Part shown: positions 7,433 to 14,725 of the stretch, in pieces | Numbering within the stretch: the stretch's first letter is position 1 | Layout: each line of letters starts with the position of its first letter | NCBI GenBank assembly: GCA_964476595.1 | Contig: CAYZCL010000154.1 | Span: 903 to 64,902 of the forward strand | Origin: an uncultured Desulfobacteraceae bacterium | GTDB taxonomy: Bacteria; Desulfobacterota; Desulfobacteria; Desulfobacterales; JALSRD01 | Reading direction: 5' to 3' | DNA length: 64,000 nt | The notes under the pieces: generated by a model | Databases searched by the model: none | The model's input: only the letters and a program-made list of their open reading frames with translations | Told to the model about the DNA's origin: nothing | Position numbers and translations under genes: made by a program

Positions 7433-9595
7433 ATGTCTGAAAAATGCCCGGTCAGCGAAACCATCGCCAGGCTCCAGGAGACCATCGAGTCCGGAGGGCT
7501 GAAGAATCCCCGATGCCGACGTATTGCCGAGGAAATTCTGAACCTGGTAGAGGACATCGCCTGGGGCGGCGCCAGTGATGACCATCTGCCAACGGTCCGC
7601 TCTCTGGTGCAGGAATTCGAAAAGGGCGCGCAGTCGACGGTCGGAACTGAGTTGTCCGCCTGGCTGCAGATGACCCTTGAGGAGAGCGAGGAGGTTTTCG
7701 CCAGCCACATCACCACACACAACTGCGCAACGGGAGATTGTGATAAACTCACCCCGGCGCCGTGCCAGATGGCATGCCCCGCGGGTATCGATGTACCTAC
7801 TTACGTAACGCTCATCGGCATGGGCAAAGACGCCGAGGCCATTGAGATCATCCGGCGCGACAATCCTTTCCCCTGGGTTTGCGGCCTGGTGTGCACCCGC
7901 CCGTGCGAATTTATGTGCGTACGCGGCCGCATCGATTCACCGGTATCCATCAAATTTCTGAAAGCCTTTGCCGCCGAACGGGCCCTGTCCGAGCACCGCT
8001 ACAAGAACCCGCCCAAGAAGCCTGACAAGGGGAAAAAGGTGTGCATCATCGGCGCGGGGCCGGGCGGTATGAGTGCGGCGTACTACCTCGCGCTCAAGGG
8101 ATACACTGTACGCGTCATCGAAGCCCTGCCCGTGGCGGGAGGTATGATCATGGTTGGCATTCCCCGTTACCGCCTGCCGCGGGAGGTGATCGATCGCGAG
8201 GTGGCCATGATCGAGGAATTGGGTGTCGAATTCGTATACAATACGCGTTTCGGTACCGACGTGACCATGGAGCAGCTCCGCGAGGAGGGGTTCGAGGCTT
8301 TCCTGTTTGCCATCGGCGCCCACAAGGCCTTCAAAATGGGCATCCCGGGCGAAAAAGACTACCCCCAGGTCATCGAGGCGATCGACCTGTTGCGGCGGGT
8401 GGCCCTCGGCGACCGGCACGTACCGGGCCGCCGGGCGGTGATTATCGGCGGTGGGAACGTGGCCATCGATGCCGCCCGTACCTGCCTGCGCCTGGGCTGC
8501 GAGGAGGTCACCATCGCCTACCGCCGGACCCGGCGCGAGATGCCGGCCGACGTGGAAGAAATCGAACAGGCCGAGGAAGAAGGCGTCAAATTCTCCTTTT
8601 TGACGATCCCCATTAAAGTCGAGGGCAAGGACGGGCGGGTCACCGCACTGCACTGCCACCGCGCCGAACTGGTGCGCCGCGAAGGCAGCAGCCGTATGTA
8701 CCCGGTACCCATCATGGGCAGCGATTTCTTCATGGAGACCGACGTCATTATCGGCGCCATCGGTCAACGGGTGGACAGCGAATGCATGCACGAACTGGAG
8801 GGGGTCAAGTGGACCCGGCGCAATACCATCGATGTCCACATGGCCAGCATGGAAACTTCCATGGAGGGCGTTTTCGCCGTGGGAGACGCCGTGACCGGGC
8901 CGGCCACCGTGATATCGGCCATCGGCGGGGGAAAACGTGCCGCAGAAGCCATTGATCGCTACCTGGAAGGCATCCCCCAGCCCAAGATGCCGCCGGTTCC
9001 CGTGCGGCGGGCGCGGGTGGAATTTCTAGAGGTGCCCGCAAGCACCAAGATGACCCTCAAACGCCCGGAGATGCCGCTGCTGAATCTGGACCGACGGCGC
9101 ACCACCTACCAGCAGGTGGAGCTGGGCTATTCGGAAAAGGACGTGCGCGACGAGGCCCTGCGTTGTCTGCGCTGCGATATCTGCAAGCGCTGTGGCGAGT
9201 GTGTCAAGGTCTGCCGCGACAAGATGGGCATCGACGCCCTGCAACTAGGCTACCTCGACTTCGACCATCCCGTGCAGACCGACTTCCGGCTCACCGAGGA
9301 GCGCTGCATCTGCTGCGGGGCCTGTGCCGAAAACTGCCCCAACGGCGCCATGCAGATCGAAGACCGCGACGGCGAACGCATCTTGTCCATCTGCGGCACG
9401 ATCCTGAACCGCCAGAAGCTGGTCTACTGCGAGGAGTGCGGCGCCGTCATGGGGCCGGCCAAGTATCTGGACTACATCAAGAAGCGCTTCCACACCGTGG
9501 GCCAGATCACGGCCGATCACATGGTCTGCGAGGCCTGTGCGCGCAAACGGACGGCGGCCCCCAATCTGGGCGGGCTGCCGCCGTCGAATATCTGA
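7433..9595 (+). CDS. GltD/SfrB-like NAD(P)H-dependent Fe-S flavoprotein with a C-terminal ferredoxin/zinc-ribbon module
   Basis: 720 aa. GltD-type Fe-S motifs CQMACPAGIDVPTYV and VCTRPCEFMC. Two dinucleotide folds: KVCIIGAGPGGMSAAYYLA and RRAVIIGGGNVAIDAAR. C-terminal motifs CLRCDICKRCGECVKVC, CICCGACAENCP and CEECG...CEAC. RBS AGGAGTAGGAA. Confidence 0.85.
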   Translation: MSEKCPVSETIARLQETIESGGLKNPRCRRIAEEILNLVEDIAWGGASDDHLPTVRSLVQEFEKGAQSTVGTELSAWLQMTLEESEEVFASHITTHNCATGDCDKLTPAPCQMACPAGIDVPTYVTLIGMGKDAEAIEIIRRDNPFPWVCGLVCTRPCEFMCVRGRIDSPVSIKFLKAFAAERALSEHRYKNPPKKPDKGKKVCIIGAGPGGMSAAYYLALKGYTVRVIEALPVAGGMIMVGIPRYRLPREVIDREVAMIEELGVEFVYNTRFGTDVTMEQLREEGFEAFLFAIGAHKAFKMGIPGEKDYPQVIEAIDLLRRVALGDRHVPGRRAVIIGGGNVAIDAARTCLRLGCEEVTIAYRRTRREMPADVEEIEQAEEEGVKFSFLTIPIKVEGKDGRVTALHCHRAELVRREGSSRMYPVPIMGSDFFMETDVIIGAIGQRVDSECMHELEGVKWTRRNTIDVHMASMETSMEGVFAVGDAVTGPATVISAIGGGKRAAEAIDRYLEGIPQPKMPPVPVRRARVEFLEVPASTKMTLKRPEMPLLNLDRRRTTYQQVELGYSEKDVRDEALRCLRCDICKRCGECVKVCRDKMGIDALQLGYLDFDHPVQTDFRLTEERCICCGACAENCPNGAMQIEDRDGERILSICGTILNRQKLVYCEECGAVMGPAKYLDYIKKRFHTVGQITADHMVCEACARKRTAAPNLGGLPPSNI

Positions 9596-9745
9596 CGGGC
9601 GGAGCCGTGCGGGCGCCGGTATCCCGGCCGGGGCCCGCCGCGCGTCGTTCTTTACGGCTGACTTTTTCATTGTGGAGAGGCCCCGTTTGGGTTAACATCC
9701 ACGACAGGCTTTGATGACTGCTGCAGAATGCAAGGGGGATCCGAA

Positions 9746-9958
9746 ATGGCATTTCGAAGAGGACAGCACGTAGAGATTTTCAGAAAATCCGACGACGAGG
9801 GCTGGGAGAGCTACATGGACGAGTTCATCGGCTGCCACGGGGTCATCACCGACCCGGACACGGCCATCAACGATCCCGACGCCCTGGTTGAGGTCAGCCT
9901 GGAGGATCGCGGAACCCACCGCTTCCCCCAGGACTGCCTGCGCCTGCTGGATTCCTGA
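9746..9958 (+). CDS. Small hypothetical protein (70 aa)
   Basis: ATG 9746 is preceded by GGGGGA. The sequence is MAFRRGQHVEIFRKSDDEGWESYMDEF... I recognise no family. Coding status rests only on the ORF, the RBS and the downstream hairpin. Confidence 0.45.
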   Translation: MAFRRGQHVEIFRKSDDEGWESYMDEFIGCHGVITDPDTAINDPDALVEVSLEDRGTHRFPQDCLRLLDS

Positions 9959-9991
9959 GAACCGGGACCATTTCCGATTTCCGCTCCATTC

Positions 9992-10018
9992 CCGGCTGAC
10001 GGCTGAAGCGTCAGCCGG
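9992..10018 (+). terminator. Stem-loop, possible terminator
   Basis: Perfect 10-bp inverted repeat CCGGCTGACG / CGTCAGCCGG with a 7-nt loop. A T-rich stretch (GTTTTGCTTTC) follows, but only after about 15 nt, so this is not a textbook intrinsic terminator. Confidence 0.4.
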
Positions 10019-10198
10019 CGGCCGGGGGGCGTTTTGCTTTCAACCCGCCCCCGGCACCCGCCGTTTCCCCCGGCGGCCGCGGAAGCGGCCGCCGCTTCTC
10101 GGGCCGGAAAAAGTCGTTGCCAAACCGCCGGTGCGATGCCATACTTTTGCGACTTGGTCAAACTTTGCGCTGCCCCGATTGTTTCCCGGAGTGTGAAG

Positions 10199-11125
10199 AT
10201 GGCAAAATGCATGCACCTGCTCGCGGCGCTGACGCTGCTGCTGACACTGGCCTGCAATCAGGAGGAGCCTCCCCTGAAGGTGGACCTGTCCCGCAGGGAA
10301 AAAACGGTGGTCGCACCGGACGCCGATGCTATCACTTACGCGTATCTGCCCCAGTATTCGCACACCGTTTCCTACCGGCGTCATCACCGGCTGGTGGCCT
10401 ACCTGGAACAGAAAACGGGACTCAAGATCCGCCAGATCTTTCCCGACACCTTCGACGAACACATGCAGATGGTGGGTCAGGGCGAGATCGATATCTCCTA
10501 TTCCAACCCGTTCGTCTACGTCAAGATCGCCCATCGTTACGGGGCGCGGGCCTTCTGCCGCATCGTGGAGGCCGACGGCCGCAGGGATTTCCGGGGCCAG
10601 ATCATCTGCCGCGCCGACAACGGCGCCATACGCGACATCGCCGACTGCAGGGGCAAACGCTGGATCGCGGTGGACCCCGGTTCGGCCGGGGGCTACCTCT
10701 ACCCCCTGGGACTGTTCATGGCCAACGGCATCATGCCCGCCGATTTCCGCGAGATCGCCTTTTCACCGGGACCCGGCGGCAAGCAGGAGAAGGTCGTGCT
10801 GGCCGTCTACGCCGGCAAATACGACATCGGCACCATCCGCGAGGGCACCCTGGCGGTGGTGCGCGACAAGGTGGACATCGACGAGATCCGGGTGGTGGCC
10901 AGCACTCCGCGCTATCCCGGGTGGGTGTATGCCGCGCGCGCGGGGCTGGCACCCGGTGTCGTCGAAAAGATCAAGAACGCCATGTGCGCCCTGGATTATG
11001 ACAAGGCGGCGGACCGCCGCATCCTGGCGGCCGCCAGCATGCGGGGCATCCTGCCGTGCGAAGACAGCGACTTCGATTCCGTGCGGACCCTGGCCGGGCG
11101 CGTGGGCATCGATCTCGATCGATAA
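10199..11125 (+). CDS. PhnD-like (phosphonate/phosphite ABC-type) periplasmic solute-binding lipoprotein
   Basis: Start set at ATG 10199 (MAKCMHLLAALTLLLTLAC, lipoprotein-like signal). The body (YLPQYSHTVSYRRHHRLVAYLEQKTGLKIRQIFPDTFDEHMQMVGQGEIDISYSNPFVY..., GSAGGYLYPLGLF) resembles PhnD-family binding proteins. No ABC permease or ATPase gene is adjacent. Confidence 0.8.
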   Translation: MAKCMHLLAALTLLLTLACNQEEPPLKVDLSRREKTVVAPDADAITYAYLPQYSHTVSYRRHHRLVAYLEQKTGLKIRQIFPDTFDEHMQMVGQGEIDISYSNPFVYVKIAHRYGARAFCRIVEADGRRDFRGQIICRADNGAIRDIADCRGKRWIAVDPGSAGGYLYPLGLFMANGIMPADFREIAFSPGPGGKQEKVVLAVYAGKYDIGTIREGTLAVVRDKVDIDEIRVVASTPRYPGWVYAARAGLAPGVVEKIKNAMCALDYDKAADRRILAAASMRGILPCEDSDFDSVRTLAGRVGIDLDR

Positions 11126-11127
11126 AT

Positions 11128-13188
11128 ATGAAACTCGGCTTCCGCGGTAAAATATACCTGGGCATCTTCTTCCTGCTGCTGGTCTTCGGCGTGGTGATCT
11201 TCTTTGTCGTCAGCTGGATCACGCGCGGGGCCCTGCTGGAGGAAAACCGCCGGCGCGGCGCCTCCATCGCGGTCAACCTGGCCGCCCGCGTGGCCGAACC
11301 ACTTCTGGCGGCCGACTTCCTGCGCATGAAGAACCTGGTCGATGAAACCGTGCGGCTCAGCGACGACATCTACTACGCCTTCGTGATGGATCGCGACGGC
11401 CGGGTGCTGGTCCACACCTTCAGCGGCGGCTTCCCGGTGGAACTCAAGGACGCCAACCGCCTGAAACCCGGCGAGAAAATCAGCGTGCGGCTGCTGGACA
11501 CCGGCAAGGTGAAAGTCAACGACTACGCCGTTCCGGTGCTCATCGCCGGCGACCGCTTCGGCACCGTGCGCGTCGGGTTGCTGCGCATCCGCATCGAGCA
11601 GGCCAGCGACCGTCTGCTGCTCAGCGTTTTTCTGGCCACCGGGTTCATCGTCATCCTGGCCGCTTTCGTGGGGGCCATGCTGGCGCGTCCGGTCACCCGC
11701 CGCATCCGCATCCTGCACGACTCCACCGAACAGGTGCTGCGTGGCAACCTGGACGTGCACACGGCGCCGCTGCTGAAAAAAAACTGCTGGCAGATCATGA
11801 ACTGCCGCAACGAGGCGTGTCCGGCCCACGGCGATCTGCGCCACCGCTGCTGGTACCTGGCCGGAACCATGTGCCCCTACTGCGTCGAGGGCGACTACGC
11901 CCGAAAGATCTCCAGCTGCCAGAAGTGCCCGGTCTACCGGCGCTGCTCGGGTGATGAAATCCAGTCTCTGGCCGAGAGCTTTGACTCCATGACGCTCTCG
12001 CTCAAGACCAACCTGACCGAGCTGCAGGAGGCCCAGAAACGGCTCCGGGAGCAGGGGCAGCTGCTGCGGACCATCCTGGACGCCACGCCCGATTTCGTGT
12101 GCCTTCAGGACCGCGATTCCGTGTACCTGGCGGCCAACAGGGCCTTCTGCCGCCTGGTGGGCCGCAGTGAAGCGGAGATCATCGGCCTCACCGGCCGGGA
12201 CCTGTACTCCCCCCGCCTGGCGGAGAAGTTCGCCGCCGAAGACCGCGAGATCATCCGCAGTGGCAAGACCCTGGTCAAGGAAAACCGCATTCGGCGCAAC
12301 GGCGAGCTGCGCTGGCTGCACGTCATGAAGATCCCGGTGCGCAACGCCGAGGGCCGCATCATCGGGCTGCTGTGCTCCAGCCGCGACATCACCGAGTTCA
12401 AGCGCGTCCAGCAGCAGCTGGTCCAGGCGCAGAAGATGGAGACCGTGGGGCAGCTGACGGCCGGCATCGCCCACGAGATCAACACGCCCCTGGGCATCAT
12501 CCTGGGCTATGCCCAGCTGCTGCTGGAGGATGTGCAGCCCGACAGCCAGATGCACGCCGATCTGGAGATCATCGAGCGGCAGGCCAAGATATGCCGCCGC
12601 ATCGTGGCCGACCTGCTGGCCTTCTCGCGGCACACCGAGAGCAGCACCGGACTGGTGGACATCAACCAGGCCGTCGAGGAGGTGGTGACGGTGCTGGAAC
12701 ACACCTTCGGCCTGGAGCGCATCACCATCCGACGGGATTACGGGCGGGACCTCCCGGCCGTGCGGGGCGACCGCGAAAAGATCAAGCAGGTGTTCATCAA
12801 CCTGCTCAACAACGCCCGCGACGCCATCGGCCAGGACGGTACCATTACCATCGTCACGCGCTTCGACCGTGAGGAAGGAAAGGTTCGCACCATCGTGGCC
12901 GACACAGGCGGCGGCATCGCGGCCGGGAACCTGGACCGCATCTTCGACCCCTTCTACACCACCAAGCCGGTGGACAAAGGGACCGGGCTGGGGCTGTCAG
13001 TCTCCTTCGGCATCATCAAGGAACACGGCGGCACCATCGAGGCCGAGAGCCCGCCTTCCAGAGCCACCCGGCAGGCGGCCGGCGTCGAGGCACGGGGAAC
13101 GGCCTTCATCATTCGGTTCCCGCCGGCGGCGCAGGATCGGCCGGACGGGTCGCATGAACAATCGGCAGTCGACGGCCGGGGCGGCTGA
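11128..13188 (+). CDS. Sensor histidine kinase (2 TM, extracytoplasmic sensor, HAMP with a Cys-rich insert, PAS, HisKA, HATPase)
   Basis: Start is ATG 11128, 2 nt after the upstream stop. TM helices IYLGIFFLLLVFGVVIFFVV and LLLSVFLATGFIVILAAFVGAML. PAS region LRTILDATPDFVCLQDRD. H-box AGIAHEINTPL. ATPase boxes NLLNNARDA, DTGGGI and GTGLGLS. Confidence 0.9.
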   Translation: MKLGFRGKIYLGIFFLLLVFGVVIFFVVSWITRGALLEENRRRGASIAVNLAARVAEPLLAADFLRMKNLVDETVRLSDDIYYAFVMDRDGRVLVHTFSGGFPVELKDANRLKPGEKISVRLLDTGKVKVNDYAVPVLIAGDRFGTVRVGLLRIRIEQASDRLLLSVFLATGFIVILAAFVGAMLARPVTRRIRILHDSTEQVLRGNLDVHTAPLLKKNCWQIMNCRNEACPAHGDLRHRCWYLAGTMCPYCVEGDYARKISSCQKCPVYRRCSGDEIQSLAESFDSMTLSLKTNLTELQEAQKRLREQGQLLRTILDATPDFVCLQDRDSVYLAANRAFCRLVGRSEAEIIGLTGRDLYSPRLAEKFAAEDREIIRSGKTLVKENRIRRNGELRWLHVMKIPVRNAEGRIIGLLCSSRDITEFKRVQQQLVQAQKMETVGQLTAGIAHEINTPLGIILGYAQLLLEDVQPDSQMHADLEIIERQAKICRRIVADLLAFSRHTESSTGLVDINQAVEEVVTVLEHTFGLERITIRRDYGRDLPAVRGDREKIKQVFINLLNNARDAIGQDGTITIVTRFDREEGKVRTIVADTGGGIAAGNLDRIFDPFYTTKPVDKGTGLGLSVSFGIIKEHGGTIEAESPPSRATRQAAGVEARGTAFIIRFPPAAQDRPDGSHEQSAVDGRGG

Positions 13189-13249
13189 AACACGCGCCCC
13201 GCGTTGTCACCTTTGAATCGTTTCGTGACATTTTCGGGAGTGATCTGAC

Positions 13250-13612
13250 ATGGCAAAAATTTTGGTCGTGGACGATGTGCAGGATGCGGTCAACCTGATC
13301 CGCCGCATCCTGGAGAAGAAGGGACATCAGGTGTTCGCCTTCACCGAGGAGGAGGATGCCCTCAACCACGCACGCCGCGAGGAGATGGACCTGGCGGTGC
13401 TGGACATCAAGCTCAAGAAGATGAGCGGCATCGAGGTGCTTGAGGAACTCAAGAAAATCACACCCACCATCCGGGCCATCATGCTCACCGGCTACCCCAC
13501 CATGGAAACCGCGCAGGAGTCTCTCAAACTGGGCGCCAACGAGTACTGCGTCAAGCCCATCGACAAGGAAGAGCTGGAGGAGAAGGTGGCCAAGGTGCTG
13601 GCCGAGGGATGA
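13250..13612 (+). CDS. Single-domain response regulator (receiver only)
   Basis: 120 aa with a CheY-like pattern: VVDD near the N-terminus, phospho-acceptor context LAVLDIKL, then IMLTG and CVKP. No output domain. Confidence 0.9.
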   Translation: MAKILVVDDVQDAVNLIRRILEKKGHQVFAFTEEEDALNHARREEMDLAVLDIKLKKMSGIEVLEELKKITPTIRAIMLTGYPTMETAQESLKLGANEYCVKPIDKEELEEKVAKVLAEG

Positions 13613-13633
13613 CTGTCTCCGGGACCGGCGCCT

Positions 13634-14707
13634 TCAAGGATGCGCCGCACAGGTGAGGTCGGCCAGGTAGTAGAAGTAGCGCTGCACGAAGCGGCCCGAA
13701 ACGACTTCCGCCAGGGGGAACACCAGGTCTTCACCACTCATGAAGCGGCCCGAAAAGGCCATGAAAACGTTGCGCGACAGCGTGGTGACCTTCTCCCCGA
13801 TGTCCAGGTGATCGACGAGGCCCGGCGGCGTGCCGTGCAGCCGGCACCGGATGGGGCGCACGTCGAAGAGCATGCAGCTTCCATTTTCGCTTAGGGGGCA
13901 GCGGATCTTCTTGCGGGCGTAGGCCTCGGCCAGCGGTTCCAGCCGGACTTTGCCGTCCCCGCCCATGTTGCGACGCAGGCCGTTGATGCGCTTGTATGCA
14001 TCGGCGGCCCTGTGGATGACTTCCGAGCGGCGGCGGGAATTGAGCGAGCGGTTCATGTTGTTGAGCAGGAAAATAGCCTCCATGAGCTGCAGCTCGAAGT
14101 AGTCGTAGCAGCAGTCCTCGTTTTCCTTTCCGCAGGCGGTCCGGGTGTCCGCAGGGGACGCTGCCGCCGCCCGGTCGATTTCCGAAAGCAGGAGGTCGAA
14201 CTCCTTGAAGTAGGCGCTCAGATCCACCACGCTGCGGCTCTCCAGCGAGGGTTCACGGATCTTGAGCTGGCCGCTCTTCTTGCCGTACTTCTTGAGCAGG
14301 CGCCACTGGCTGTAGTTGGTGGGCTTGGCGCGCGTTTTCTTCAGTTTCTTGGAGGCCACCTTCATACCCAGTCCGCGGCGGATGAGGTACGAAGTCACGA
14401 AAGTGCCTGTGCGGCCGATGCCGTGGCGGCAGTGCACCAGCACCTTCTTGCCCAGGTAGATGGCCTCGTCCAGCCACGCAAGGGCCTTTTCCATGTCTTC
14501 CATGTCCGGGGCGCATTCGTCGGGAATGGGGAGGTAGTAAACCTCGAACCCGCTCTTCTCCTCGATTTCGTGCAGGTCGCAGAACTCGCCACACAGGTTG
14601 ACGATGGCGTCGATGCCCTGGGCCTTGATGCGGTCCAGGTCGTCATAGGACATGGGGGCGTGCCCCACCGCCAGATCATCCGTTATCCAGGTCACTTCAT
14701 AAGCCAT
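13634..14707 (-). CDS. Dual-specificity (CX5R) phosphatase fused to a YkgJ/UPF0153-type Cys-rich metal-binding domain
   Basis: The N-terminal half carries the P-loop HCRHGIGRTG. The C-terminal half carries CGKENEDCC and CPLSENGSCMLFDVRPIRCRLHG, which are typical of the YkgJ Zn/Fe-chelating family. The gene starts 18 nt downstream of the dikinase-like gene on the same strand. Confidence 0.85.
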   Translation of the reverse strand: MAYEVTWITDDLAVGHAPMSYDDLDRIKAQGIDAIVNLCGEFCDLHEIEEKSGFEVYYLPIPDECAPDMEDMEKALAWLDEAIYLGKKVLVHCRHGIGRTGTFVTSYLIRRGLGMKVASKKLKKTRAKPTNYSQWRLLKKYGKKSGQLKIREPSLESRSVVDLSAYFKEFDLLLSEIDRAAAASPADTRTACGKENEDCCYDYFELQLMEAIFLLNNMNRSLNSRRRSEVIHRAADAYKRINGLRRNMGGDGKVRLEPLAEAYARKKIRCPLSENGSCMLFDVRPIRCRLHGTPPGLVDHLDIGEKVTTLSRNVFMAFSGRFMSGEDLVFPLAEVVSGRFVQRYFYYLADLTCAAHP

Positions 14708-14725
14708 GAAAGCCCCGTCCGCCTC

